Below are positions 131,825-145,390 of a DNA stretch of 248,000 nucleotides, one piece after another. The position numbers were made by a program, and so were the translations under genes. Source of the stretch: Rhodosorus marinus CCMP1338 (taxonomy: Eukaryota > Plantae > Rhodophyta); the NCBI GenBank assembly GCA_029953675.1, contig JAMWBK010000004.1, positions 1,012,001 through 1,260,000 on the forward strand, written 5' to 3'. The notes beneath the pieces were generated by a model, which saw only the letters and a list, made by a program, of their open reading frames with translations, did not search any database and had not been told where the DNA came from. Position 1 is the stretch's first letter. Every line of letters begins with the position of its first letter.

Positions 131825-134800
131825 TTTTGATTCTTTTGTCTCTTTCTTTGTATTCTCTGGTGTTATCTCTGTATACTCATCTGCCGTCCTCACAACCCAA
131901 ACGGGATCCAGTCGCCGGTGACTGACTTCTTATAGTTGACGTTCCAGCCTCCGACCCCATTGTCGTGCGCGATGACGACAGTAAAGATTATTGATCATTG
132001 CAGAGTGTTTTGGACTGTAAGGTTCTCCCCACATAATGCATTGATGAAAGAAAGCTAGTTTTGGAGTTGGGCAATTCAACCCTCGACGAGGGCTCTAAAC
132101 AACTGGGGCAAGTCTACCTGACTCTCAGCTGAAAAGGAAAGACAGAATATTCGTCCCGTTGATGGGACTTAGCACAGCCACAGAGTCCCAGTGGCGCTTT
132201 TTTTTACAGCGGTTGCCATCAACCCGGTAGGATGTTTTAAATCCCTACGTGGGTGTCAGCTGCAGGAGGGTGAGAGCAGCAGGATCAAAGCTTTGATCAA
132301 CTCATCGCGTTTTTCGACGAGGAAAAAACGCAACGAACCCTCGACTATCTCGCCTAGCACGGGACGTCGTAAAATTATTGCTTTTGGTGTAGCGCGACTA
132401 TCGACCCCAGAGGTCGATAGTCACGATCCGCAGCTCTCCCACCCCTCACTAGTGCTGTCAGCATCATGGGGAAAAGTCTGTTCTACCCACACCCACTGCC
132501 CTCCCCCCGCATGTCTAAATCTCGCCCCTCAATGTAAGTACTCAAACCCACAACAGCCTCATTCACCCCCTTCTTATCCTCATCCCCAATGGTATGCGAA
132601 AAGCATGGAGAGAGAAACTTTGCGGACATGGATCCATCATCAAACCCTCCCTAGCTTTGAACCATTTTCTAACAACTCCTACATAACCACGTGTCCTTAT
132701 ATTCTAATCACTGAGTAATCATTGGTTATTGACTAGACCAGGAGGGAACGCGGAATTCAGAGAGCTAGTTTTAGGACAGCCCTCTCCGCGTTTCGCGTTT
132801 GTCCATTCATATATAAGCACGTGTTTTACATTATATTTCCATTTTTCATAAGTTGAAATACAAGAATGGTTAGAATCAATACATTATGAGAAGCAAGTGT
132901 AGTTACCGTCGAACACTGCGCCGTGCCCGAAAACAGACGAAAAAAAATAATATTTCATTTTTTTGGCCTATGGTCTCCATTTTCTGCGACGCCGACCGTC
133001 GGCAAGGAGAAGTGGGGCAAGAAACTTCCTTTTTATGTTTATAAACTTTTTAAAAAGGAGAGAAGAGATCGCGAAGCTGAAAAACACAAATGTTTTATCT
133101 ACGTCCACGAATTAAGATGAAAAGTTTAAGAATAATAAGTCAATACTACCAATCGCAGATAATTACGTTGGGAGGGATACGATATGGTAAATATATAGTA
133201 TTATTCAAGATGCTAATTTTCGGAATGCAAAGACCGCGCGGAGGAGAACAGTTAGTTTCGATTTTAGCGGGAAAAATCCGTTGAAAAGGGTACTAAAGAA
133301 ATCGGGCCATTTGAGTTTCTTTTCTCTAAACGATGGTCTTCTCCTCCTTTAGGCTAAGAAGATCAAGTGCGGTGGTTTCACTAGATCAAATGTAGTGTAA
133401 CTGTTCTTGGGGCTATTAAGCGTAACAACTTGACGCTATCTAAACTTTAGATCCTGTTGTACAAAACTTTTTCCTGGAAGTGGTTTTATGCTTGGTTAGT
133501 GGCTTGCCCCTGCCTCGTTTACCGCGCATCGCTCAGATTTAGCACTGCTTTCTGTTGCGGAGCGCACTTTGTTTTACGCCCCAACGCCCTGACCATCTAC
133601 TTCTCGTTTGTCTACCCGTCTATGCTTCCTGAGGTGGCAGATGAACGCTGCTTTGATGTCGGGAATTGTTCCGCGGACGCCCTGACCGTCCGTCCTCGTT
133701 GTTTACCCGTTTTAAGTTTCTTGCTGCGGCGTATGAACGCTGAGTTGATGTTGGAGGCGGGCGTAGTCTATTTCTCCACTCGCCTTTTTTTTTTTTTTTC
133801 CGGTCTCCGATGAAACAAATTCATTCAACTGATGGGATACAACCTCGCAATTTCATAGGCTGGACGGGACGGGCCGGGACAGTGTAGTATCGGGAGGGCA
133901 TTATTTCCATTTCCTCTTGAATTTTGAGGAATTTATTGGGACAAAAAAGAGCGGAGTTCGGTGAGGAATTTGTGATAAGCGCGAGGCCTGCTGTTCCCTC
134001 GGGAGATAGGGAAGGGAATGGGAGGAAATTAGACCGAGCGGGCAAAAGGCTGTGCTCGATCTGATAGTTTCCGGTGTAAGTTTTGGAGATTACGGTTGTA
134101 TATCTGGCGTATGGGGCGAGTGGCAGGCTTAGCAATGCATGGGATCGGCTGTTTGAGTGGTCTAGGATTGCGAAGTCGCAAAGCGCTCGCCACCAAGACT
134201 GCTTAAGTAAGGTGCCAGCGTTTGATGACTCAGCAATGTACGTGAACATGAAATTTGTTGACGGTCGGCCGTCAATGCTCTGTCCATGTGAGACAGAAGT
134301 CGGGTAGGCTTGTTTCGAGTCCTACTCTCCTTGAGCAGAGTATCCTAGTAAAACTGACTGTGCTCATGCAGTACCTCGAGATTACTGAATCGTCGGAGTC
134401 AGGTTGAACTGGAAAATCGCGAATGAATTCGGATAGCGGAGGGAGGGGCGAGAACCCTCGACCTCGAGGGCTCTAGCCTCTACCTCTCGTCAGTAGGCGC
134501 ACGTCCAAGATTTTCACTCTTACTGGGATTTTCGTGCATTACCGCTCCAGGCACAAATTGGACAGTCCCTGGGATGAGAAGGAGAAGGTTCAGAGGGGCA
134601 TAGAGTTCCGGCTACTATTCGAGCTGGCTTGGCTTCATGCGAATCGAAGGATGCAGAGGTTAGACTCTTGCAACGTCATATTGGAGGATGAGAGAGTGGA
134701 TGCGTCGGTTGGCGCTTCTTCTTGCGTTCGTGTTAACATATTTCAGGCTTTGGTAAAGGAACAAGGGCCCATTTACCTCGGCAAAGAGTGAGATGGTACG

Positions 134801-135007
134801 GAGTCACTCGAATCCTTTGTAAGTCGATAACATAGAAAATCTCCGAGGCGGTCAAGAGGCGAGCTGTTTACATGGTCAAGACCACATTTCTGCTTTAAAT
134901 TAGAAGCCAAAAGGAACTGTTGGCTATGGTTCATATGGGCACCGCATGTTTCATGTGAGGTACTCAGTATCCAAAATTCACACTTCTGCCTGACGTAGCA
135001 CGTGTAC

Positions 135008-137068
135008 TTAGCTACTGGGGATTGGAGTGGGTTCAGGTCTCAGCTTTCCAAAGTCACGGCTCCGCACGCAATCAGATGCGTTCGTCCTGTTTGCTAGGAC
135101 GCAACAAGAGGAACCCTCGCATTCGTCTATCTCGAGGACAACTGTTGTTGACCAACCGCCGCTGTCAGGGTACGAGACTGTGACCTTGGGTGTTTTCCTG
135201 GCGGTGAGCTTCTCGAGGTTGTAGTAGACGATAAAGGTTCCGAAAAAGTTGCCGTCGCTGAACTTTTTGTAACCCCCAGCAACGTCTGCGCTGAAGGAGT
135301 TGGGTGAGATCCGAACGTCATTGACGTAGACGTCGGGTTTTTCTTCTCTTCCGACGGGCCGGGAGTGGGAGATCCGAATCGCTGCGACGCCTCCTTTAGT
135401 ACTCGGCAGCTCACGGAAGTAGTAGTGCACTTTCTGATTCTTCTTAATCGGCGCCGGGAAATCCACCTTTTCGTTCTTGTGGTCCCTGACGAACGCTGAA
135501 TAGTTCTTGGTCCTCCTGATCCTCCTGAGATCGCGAGATGCCGTCTTAAACTTGACCTCGATCACAGTCATCTCGAACTTGTCCAAGCTGATGCTTTGTG
135601 GGAGCCTTAGGCTCTTCCCATTCGTCGCTACCTCGCTCGTAACCTTCCAGTTAATGCTGCCACCCACGACAATGTTCTGACGGCGCTCCTCCGAGGTGCG
135701 GCTCTTCCTGTTAATTCGAAGTCGTCGGCGCTCCCATTTCTTGAGCTCATCCCTTCCATGCGGAAACTCAAAGTTTAGCTCTGCCTCCTTGTCGTCAAGG
135801 TTCTGCATTATGATGTAGCCCCTATTCTTAGTCGCCAAGGCGTGGACAGTGAGCTGAACGTTGTCCGAACTTGAGTAGACAAACTTCCCGTCCATGCCCT
135901 TGAGCAGCTCAAAGTACCGCACAAGGTTGGAGAACTCGACACTGCCGTCATCCGTCTCTTGGATAAGGCTCCACGGGTAAGGGTTTCCGTTCTTGATGTT
136001 TCTGTGGTTCTGGTTCTCCAGGTTGAGGAAGGTGATAACCTGAAGCAGGTTGTTGGGGATCCTCATCATCGTCATCAGAACTTTCATCGCCTCGCCCATG
136101 ATAGAGAAGTCCCTCGAAGGCAGCGGTGGCGCGGCGTAGCCCCTATTGCGGTTGTACCAGGAGGCCACGTATTGTCCCATCTCGCTGACCAAGTAGGGCT
136201 GTGGCTTCCCATCATCGCTGATCATTGAACTGTAAGTTTCGACGAGGTCGAGGTTGGCCTCACCATAGGAGCCCCCAACATTGTAGACGTGCTCGGAGAT
136301 GAAGCCTTGACACCCGCCTTTTGCTGCAGTATCCATATAGACCTTCATCCGCCTCCTGAACATGTCAAAATTTTCGAAGGACGGGCGTACGAACTCGTTT
136401 ACCGGACCACCGGTCAACATCTTTGTGTGCTTGTTCACCTCCTTGCAGAGGTCGGTACAGAGCTCGGATACCCTCGTGATATACTCCCGCTGACTCTCTC
136501 CTTTATTCCTGAGTTTGGAAAACTTTCCCATGGGCTCGTTGAAACACTCGTAGTAGTTGGGAAGGAGTAGTGTGTCGTCGAAGTAGTACTTGAAGAAATA
136601 GCCAGCGTACGTGATGGCCCTCGAACGCGTCTGTGCGGTCTCCGTGATCTCTGGGATCTTATACGGATCATCAGTGACCACCCTTTGCCCGCTGAGGAAT
136701 CGAAACTGGTAAGTATTGCAATCCTCGCATTGCTGGTCGTTAAGATCAATCTCTCCGTTCGTCTGCACTGCGGACTGTGTCGTGTCTTCCGGGAACGTCG
136801 CCTCCTTGAACGGTCCTTTCGTTGAACGGCTGAAGGACACATGAAGCGTAGTAGTCAAGTAGTCCATCATATCTTGAGGCACCACCTTTGGATCCCTCCT
136901 AAACGAGCCGTGCCCATTAACATACGTCCTCCTCGAGAAATTCTCAACGTTCCCTGTCCGAAGTGTCGTTCCAAAATCAACCCTTACATTGGCCTCGTAC
137001 GATTTGGCCCCTATGACACTCGCAAGCAGTGCCGATACCGCAACCAGAAACAGTCCAAACAGCTTCAT
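135008..137068 (-). CDS. Secreted GH86-like beta-porphyranase/agarase, paralog 2
   Basis: Colinear with paralog 1; same NEP and SEMG motifs. Confidence 0.78.
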   Translation of the reverse strand: MKLFGLFLVAVSALLASVIGAKSYEANVRVDFGTTLRTGNVENFSRRTYVNGHGSFRRDPKVVPQDMMDYLTTTLHVSFSRSTKGPFKEATFPEDTTQSAVQTNGEIDLNDQQCEDCNTYQFRFLSGQRVVTDDPYKIPEITETAQTRSRAITYAGYFFKYYFDDTLLLPNYYECFNEPMGKFSKLRNKGESQREYITRVSELCTDLCKEVNKHTKMLTGGPVNEFVRPSFENFDMFRRRMKVYMDTAAKGGCQGFISEHVYNVGGSYGEANLDLVETYSSMISDDGKPQPYLVSEMGQYVASWYNRNRGYAAPPLPSRDFSIMGEAMKVLMTMMRIPNNLLQVITFLNLENQNHRNIKNGNPYPWSLIQETDDGSVEFSNLVRYFELLKGMDGKFVYSSSDNVQLTVHALATKNRGYIIMQNLDDKEAELNFEFPHGRDELKKWERRRLRINRKSRTSEERRQNIVVGGSINWKVTSEVATNGKSLRLPQSISLDKFEMTVIEVKFKTASRDLRRIRRTKNYSAFVRDHKNEKVDFPAPIKKNQKVHYYFRELPSTKGGVAAIRISHSRPVGREEKPDVYVNDVRISPNSFSADVAGGYKKFSDGNFFGTFIVYYNLEKLTARKTPKVTVSYPDSGGWSTTVVLEIDECEGSSCCVLANRTNASDCVRSRDFGKLRPEPTPIPSS

Positions 137069-139681
137069 CTTTCGTATCTTCTATTTTGTCCTCGATGCAC
137101 GGTTCTCCGCTTTGTTCACAACTCGAGCAAGTTTCCACTCCCAAATGCCTTGTAATATGGAGCTATTTATACCGCACTAATCGTCCCATTCTCGTCCAGG
137201 TGGATGTTGGAACGGACAGTGCTCCTTGTACCCGGTTTTGCGAAGAATTCACAGCACGGTGAAGGAACTTTTCACAATTGATTTGAGCAATTTACTTCAC
137301 GGGGCTGTGAAGATTAGGCAAAGGTCAATGGATTCTAAATTGAGAGTGAACAACAGACGATTCTTCTACTCCCCGGTGGTAGCTTGCTACCATCGACAGA
137401 AATTCGGTGGTATGGATGTATTCTAGGGTTGTCCATGGAGGTACTTGTTTCTCAAGCTGCAATCACCTACCTCTTCCTCATGGGGCCTGGTACAGGAGAA
137501 CCGACTGGCTGAGTGTCGGACGGCCCCCGTTGGCTCTCTCTGGATAAAATTTTTCCAGTACACACACGTCATCCTCAGCCTTGCGGGGCGGAAACGACCG
137601 CACCCTATAGATCAACTCCTCGGTCATCTACAAGTCCGTTTTACGCCGTCAGCATTTATTTTGGAAAACGTCTTCCTCATCCTTCGCCTGCAGGACAGAC
137701 CATCCACGCTCCGCCTCCGCCCTTCTGGCGTCCGTACCGCCCTCAAACCCGATGCCGCCCTGAAACAGAAGAAAACCATTCCAAAGTTCGCCCCCAAACT
137801 CCGTCATTGGTCGTCTAATACCACAGTCTGTCATCCCTGTACTGAAGATATCTATTTTTAGGTCTCCTAAAACGCCTTATTTTTTGTCCAGTAATTTCAA
137901 TCCACGTGTCCATTCCGCAAAATCAATTGTGCTGGAAAATATTCTAATATTTCATGACGTGATCTGTACAACGGTGAAAAACAAACGAACTATTAAACGT
138001 GGATTGACGAAAGCTCCATTTCTCTTTGACGGGTGAAATACATAGAAAATTAGTGTTTTTTTGCATCAGTTTAGTCGCAGATACTTTCCAATCAGAATTA
138101 TTATTAAAACTACTGTTAGTGTGGAGGTTGTCTTGTCGATTTTCCGAGCTAATTTCTCTAGGAAAGGAAAACAAGAGCGGGCAAATGCATCTTTTTCTTC
138201 CAAAAATGGGTTGGCAAACGGCAGAAAAAGCGAGGTATATATTAAACATATTCATTCATTTGTATGAGAAAGATAGAAGTTTATTTCCAGTTTGGAAGAA
138301 AGCCCACAAAACTGGAATTAAACTATAAAAGTAGATCCATTCATACATTAATACGTGTCCTTTTAGTTTCTCGGGGGGGGGGTAGAACTTGGATATTTAT
138401 ATCCATCTATTTTTGTCCAGAACGGTTGTGCTAAATTTAGGTTTTGTAGGTAATTAAATTGAAGCGTCTGAAACTGTTCTAAAAGTTTGACTTTTTCTAT
138501 CCTTTGAAGTGAGGGAGAGGAAATTGGAGAATTGTGCTAACAGGCGTACTGGGGAAAAGGTACATTATCGAATGCTCTCCTGATGGTCCTCCCAAGCAAG
138601 TTAGACTCAAAGCAGGGTTTGTATACGTGTGGGAGGAAAACTCGTTGGTGAACTTTTATAGGACGAACCCAATCAACGTGGTTGCTGAGTGACTGGACTT
138701 AGGCTTTCGGCCTTGGGTGAGTTTTTGGTTCGCTACGGTAGGTAGCTGCTGAATATAGGCTACTGGGGTATTGACAATGTACTAAACGTGTCTCGCGAGT
138801 ACTAAAACATGAAGAATACAATCAGGATAGACACTCGCAGTTCGCCGGGGCAAAACGGCAATACTATTCAGGCCCGGGTAGGGTTAGGTTTTTGGACGCA
138901 TGAGTCGGCCTGAACGGTTTCCTAGAAGTCCTAAAACCTCAGAGCAATGGATAGGAGGATATTTGACATACCTCCCATGACGTGGAGGAGGTAATAGAAG
139001 TAAGAGTGGAAGCAACGAATGACGGTTGGAAATGCAAAGAATAAATGTACAGTCACCTTAATTTGGCAACAAAAATTGGACCTACTTCCCACTTGTTCTC
139101 GTTTTGCTCGGTTGTAGCTCCTGCTTTGAATGGTGAGGAGACATCTGCAGAAGAGACACGCATTCTACTTGGAGCTTTCACTGCCTTGTCTTCTCTGTGC
139201 TCGGTTTTCTTAGCGCCACCGTCCGTGGACGATGGACACGCTCTAGAATTCGAGCTTGTCGTTCTCAGTGATTTCTTGGGTGTGGTGAATGTGGAACAGA
139301 TCAGTTTAATCTGAGGTCAAGGTCGACGAATGAGGTAAGGCGGAGAGGTTGCAGAGAGCCCATCTGCAGAGCTAGGGCAGTGTTACAGTACATATAATTG
139401 CTTTTAACAGATTGATTCCAGTATAAACCTGTCGCGTGCTCCCCTGAAGATCCAAGTAAACGTTTTCGGCATCGAGAGAGGTTATGGTATAAGCAAGGTG
139501 GTAACAGGGCCATAGGGCGATAGATCCAGCCCTATGTAGGTTTCGATAGGGCACCGCCATAGTGAAAAGAATTCATGGGGTACCCTTCGACTCTGAACAA
139601 TTTTCATAGGCATCGGGCAATTTTTAATGCTATATCATTGCCCAATGCGGTGTATATATTTCTAATTCATGCCTTTATGGT

Positions 139682-142600
139682 AAATGATGAACGCCGTGTA
139701 GCCGACCTGGTGATCACCTGTGACGACAGCCGCCGTACCACATACGTTGACCTTGCTGTTCCTAATCCTCAAGCTAGTCGTTATCTCCCGGCTGCGGGGG
139801 AGCGCCGTGGATCTGCCGCCGCCAGTATGAGACGCCGCAAAGAGATCAAATACGCGGGGGCTTTGTCTTCCCCTGGTGTTCGTGCTTCGGCACTAGCACA
139901 TCGCTTGGTACCCCTGATCATTGAGTGCTTTGGGTTCATGGACTCTGTTGGTTCTCGCTGGCTTCGGGAGTTGTTCCGCGAACGCCCTGACCGTCTTCAA
140001 TCGTTGTTTACCCGCTTAAGTTTCCTGCTGTGGCGCATGAATGCCGCTTTGATGTTGGAGGCGCGAGTTCTTCGCCGCACTTAGTCTTTTTTTCCCCTCG
140101 GGGTTTTTTCTTTCAGCCTCCGATTAAACCATTCGTTCGTTCGTATGGTTGTATTGTTTTTGTTGGTAGAATAGGCTATTTGAAGTGCATTCGTATTATG
140201 AAGAAAAAGCAGTGCCCTATCTACATGTGGTTTGTGATAGTTTATGGTGTTGGGTTGGGTGGGTTTTTGGTTATCATAGTGTTTGTTCGTGGGAGGCGCT
140301 GTCTTCCGTCGTCTTTCCCCGACTTTTTTTTTGTGTGTGGCTTGTCGGCGGGCTTTCTCTCCTTCTCTTGGGTTGTGGTGGAGGTTTCGGGGTGCTTTGT
140401 ATTGGGTAATAGCCAGTTTTTGTGGGGCTTTTGTGGTGAAATTTCTTCTCGCCACACTCTTTTGTGATAGCTGGGGTCTCCCCACCTCTTCCGGTGGCCG
140501 GTGCTGCCGTATCTCCGCTCGTGGAGCTGCGCGTGAGCGCATTCAGCACCCAGGCCACTGTCAGCAACTGCGACGAAGCGTCGTCGCACGTACTCGTCTC
140601 AAAACTGACCAGTCTTCTTCTCGTTGCTTCGCAGGGGAACACCCCGCTGACGGCGTACCTGGAGAACTTTCCTGCTAACGCGGGTGCCTCTGTCCTCCCC
140701 CCCATCGCTCCTGCTGGGGGGAGCTCTGCACCCCGCCCTGTGGCCGGTGCTGCCGTATCTCCGCTCGTGGAGCTGCGCGTGAGCGCATTCAGCACCCAGG
140801 CCACTGTCAGCAACTGCGACGAAGCGTCGTCGCACGTACTCGTCTCAAAACTGACCAGTCTTCTTCTCGTTGCTTCGCAGGGGAACACCCCCGCTGACGG
140901 CGTACCTGGAGAACCTTTCTGCTAACGCGGGTGCCTCTGTCCTCCCCCCCATCGCTCCTGCTGGGGGGAGCTCTGCACCCCGCCCTGCCTTCAGTCGTCC
141001 GGCGCTATCCGGCCTGGCCATCTCTCCTAATTCTGCTGTACCGAACCAAATATCTGGCCAAAACCCCCCTGGTCTTTCCTTGGGACTGAATCCTGCCTCT
141101 GCGAGTGTCTCTTGGCCCTCCTATTCCCAACTCCTTCGTCGTGGCTCCTCGGAAGAACGCACGACGGCCATGGTGCGTATGATTCCTTACCCCGTGGCCA
141201 CTCCTGCATTCTCTCGCCCGCTCTCTCCGTATCATCTCGTCTGGATGACGAACATGCACCCCCAGACCCCTTCTCGTGGTCGGGGTCGAGCGCCGGTTCA
141301 CTACCGTGATTTCCCCGGTACGATGGTCCCCTCGCTTGGTGTCCCTCCATCTGAGTTCCTCTATGTGCATTTCACTGGACATCATGCCTGTTTCCCGTCA
141401 CAGAGTCGGCTTATCAATTCCTTACCTCGCTTGTCGCCACTCCCCCTGAGCCTCAGCGCTCTGCCCTTGCCAACATGATACTGAGTCGTGCCCACGTCTC
141501 ATTGTATGTTGAGTTTGACCGCTTCGACGCAGGCTGGGTTCCCCCGTCGGCGCTGCGCGGCCACCCTGCCACGCAAGCTCCTGCTATCGCGCCAAACTCA
141601 TTCGGCGCGACTTTCACGCATCCAGTCGAGCCTCTTTGCCCGTTTCCCCCCCCGGTGGTGTTCTCCGCTCGGCGTTGGAGGACTTCCTCTCAGCTGAGGC
141701 CGCCCTGATGGAAGTTCATCCGGCCTTTGAGCTCTCCAAAGCGACTCCTGACCGCCACTCCTCGCCTCCTCCGGCAGCTGCAGTTCCTGATGCCAACATG
141801 TCGGCGGCCACATCGTGCTCTCCGAATCCGCTGGCTTTGGACACCCTCAGCGAGGACTCCGTTCCTGAAAATTCTGTATCTGCATTCTTTTGGTCCTTTA
141901 GTTCCTTCGCTCGTCCACCCGTAAGCGCCGCGCCGCCGCTGAGTCACCCTCAGAGGGCCTCCCACCGGATACCCGGTAACGCCTCCCCGACTGAATGTAG
142001 GCCTGATATCTGTGTCCTCTTCCCCCGCCCGTGTGTCACCCGTGTCTGTCCTGTTCGCCGATGCCTCCTCCACCTGGCGCGAGCGTCTTTTCTCGTGGTT
142101 CTCTGACCTTGTCGCCTCCTTACCGGGTGGTGCCATTCCCTTGTGCCGTCAGAGCCCAGCTGTACGACTCCCTCGTCGTCTGCACACGCCTCTCGCGTTG
142201 GTGTTGGATTTTTATAACAGGAAGTTTCCGATCACCCTCAATGCTCTCTTCGCTGGGATCTCCTTTCTTTTTTCCTCGCCTCGTGCTCACTTTCTGGGAT
142301 CTCCTTTCTTTTTTCCTCGCCTCGTGCTCACTTTCTCTACTGTCTCGAGCCTTTCGCCTTCCCGCCGTATCCACCCTCGGCGCAAGATGCATTTGTTCCT
142401 CTCCGGTGACTTTGCAGAGCTCGAACGTCTCTACTTCGCTTCCCTCTCTTCATGTCCCCCTTCAGACTTCAGGTCTAGTCGCCAACAACGGGCGCGTCAC
142501 GCTGTGGCATGCGGTGATCTCCGGAGGGCTGCCGGTATCCTCCAGCAACGGCAACCTGTGGTCGAGTATTCTGACAATCTTGTTTCTCCGCTACGCTCGC

Positions 142601-144330
142601 TTTTTCCCGCAGCAGGCTCTGGGTGGGACCCGTCTTTTGACGCGGTGCTGGAAGCGTTCCAAGTAACGTCCAATGAAGATGAGCGGCTGGTGGTCACCTC
142701 GGAGGCTGTGCGTGAGCTGATCCAGTCTGCTCCAATGCGTCGTTCTCCTGGGCCCTCAGGTTTGTCGCTGGAATACCTCCGTTTTTTGGGTGAGGACGGT
142801 ATGAAAGTGTTTTCGTCCGTGTTGGAGGGAATCGTCAATGGCGATCCTTTTTGTGATCGCGCATGGTTTGGCCAGGACGGGCGCAGCTATTTTGGCTCTC
142901 CAAGTCGGGTCACACTGCTTGGACTCCAGCACTTCGCCCTATTGGCATGGTGGAAGTGGTCCGTAAACTGCCAGCTCCGTGGTTGGTCCAGATTTTGGTC
143001 CTCGAATCCCCTCGCTTTTTTGGACAAGCGCAGTTAGGCGTGGGCTATCGTGGCGGCTGTGAATTTGCTATCCATACTTCTTCGCTCGGACCTGGCCTCC
143101 TCGCCGGATTACCGGTTATCATCTGTAGACCTTGTAATGCTTTAATCGAGTCTCTCGACTAGCCATTATGCATGTGGTGCGCGAGGTCTTCCGGGTAGCT
143201 TTTCCCTTTTTTAGCAGTCTTTACTCTTTGATGGGTCAAGAGCCAACTTATGACACCCCCCCTCGGCCCTTCCTCGCACTCCTTCGAGGCGCGGACCGGG
143301 GTTCAACAGGGTGACCCGTTGGCGCCTTTTTTGCACGCCTGTAGGCTTCAAGTCGTTTGCTTGGCCTGCGTTCAGAGGTCCCAGAGGTCCGCGCAGTGGG
143401 TTGCCACGATGACTCTGCCTCATTGGACCTCCAGGTACCCTCGCGGAGGCGTACGATCGTCTCCGCACACTGGCATCCCTCGTCGATCTCGAAATCAATC
143501 ATGCGAAGTTGTTCTACTCGGGAGGAGCGGATATTCAAGAGCATCAGGTCCCTGCGCGTTTCCAGTATATTTGGCGTAGGGGAGGTTTTGTTCATCTGGG
143601 CATCCCATATGGGTCCGCGTCTCTTGTGGAGGTTGAGTTGTCGCAGATTCTGAGTAAGCACCGGCAGTTGGTCTCGGAGCTCCGCCGGCTGCCTCGCGGC
143701 TTCTTGAAAGCCGCGGGGCAGCTCGTTGTGCTCGTTGTTGCTAATAGTTCCGCTCGCTCCCGACTCGCTGGGGCAACCCTTGCCAACAACGAAAGCTTTC
143801 GTGAGCTGGGATTCTTCTTAGATGAGGAGTTGGGTCATCTTCCGCGCCCCACCCGTGATATGGTTCGTGCCCTGTGACGATAGCCGCCGTACTACGTACG
143901 TTGATCTTGCTGTTCCTAATCCTCAGGCTGGTCGCTGTTTGCCGGCTGCGGGAGAGCGCCGTGGATTTGCTGCTGCCAATATTAGACATCGCAAAGAGTT
144001 GAAATATTCCGGGTCCTTATCTTCCCCAAGCATTCGTGCTTCGGCTCCAGCTCATCGCCTGGTACCTCTGGTCATTGAGTGCTTTTGTTTTATGGATTCC
144101 GTTGATTCTGGTTGGCTTCGGGAATTGTTCCGCGAACGCCCTGGCCGTCCGTCCTCGTTGTTTAGCCGTTTAAGTTTCTTGCTGTGGCGTATGAACGCTG
144201 CTTTGATGTTGGAGGCGCGCGGCCTTCGCCGCGCTTAGTCTTTTTTTTCCCCTCGGTTTTTTTTTTTCTGTTTTTTTTTTCTGTTTTTTTTCTTTTCAGC
144301 CTCCGATTGAACCAGTTCATTCATTCATTC
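139682..144330 (+). mobile_element. Family A 3' fragment followed by a long degenerate family A2 element (5' UTR, ORF1 with internal tandem duplication, deleted ORF2)
   Basis: ORFs 140464-144238 homologous to the 167-172 kb element. Confidence 0.85.
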
Positions 144331-144679
144331 AGTAAAAGCATCGTAGACAGTGTCTCTGGAAACTGACAACGTTGACTGAATACGCAATCGTTATTCTTTA
144401 TTTGATTGATCAAAAGAAAAGCCAGCTCGGTCAGAGAGAGAGCAGCTGAGCGAGGCGCTGAGTTGAGGGGGTGTTTGTCCTAAGCATTAGAGCTGATTTC
144501 AGCTTAACGGGTATCTGATTGTGCTAGAATAACAATCAGTATGCAACCCTTGGAATCTGCATCCACCCCGAAGACAGGGATGGTAGACGGGTCCCATCGC
144601 CACCGCGATGATGGTGATGCATCAGTCCCAAGGGGTGCTCGCATGTGGAGGGGTACCACATACAAAAATACGAGCAGAA

Positions 144680-145010
144680 AAAAGCGTAAAAGTGTAAAAA
144701 AGAGTAAAAAAGTGTGAAAAAGTGTGAAAAAGTGTGAAAAAGTGTGAAAAAGTGTGGAAAAGTGTAGAAAGTGTTAAAAGCGTAAAAGTGGAAAAAGTGT
144801 AAAAAAAGTGGAAAAAGTGGAAAAAGGAGAAAGTGGTAAAAAGTTGTAAAAAGTTGTAAAAAGTGGTAAAAAGTGGAAAAAGTGGAAAAAGTGGAAAAAG
144901 TGTAAAAAGTGTGAAAAGTGTAAAAAGTGTAAAAAGTGTAAAAAGTGTAAAAAGTGTGAAAAGTGTGAAAAGTGTGAAAAGTGTGAAAAGCGGGTAAAAG
145001 TGTAAAAAGT
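144680..145010 (+). repeat. A-rich AAAAAGTGTG/AAAAGTGG microsatellite followed by an 18-bp perfect palindrome (145023-145062)
   Basis: Seen directly. Confidence 0.85.
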
Positions 145011-145390
145011 GTTTCACGTCCACACAAAATTTGAGTCCCCGGGGGGGGACTCAAATTTTGTGCGGCCATTGATCAGCCCAATCCAGCGTGTCGAAAATGG
145101 GTCCTCCTCTATATGTCTCTCCACGAAAGGAGGAGGAGTAGGTACAAAGCTGAAGTATGGCCAAGTTCATGGCACCGGAGGGTGTAATTTTTTTGACCAG
145201 GTTACGTTTTTACTGTAAACAAGCCTATTTTAGGGGGTATAACGCACAACATGCTCTCACGCGAAGTAGCGTATAGGGACTCTAGTATAACTGTTGAGCG
145301 TACTAGCATAACCACCATTGGATACGCGATCCACGCTGTACCCACTCCCGCCACAGGTACTCCCGTGAGGAAGGAGATCTGCGGTCTGCC

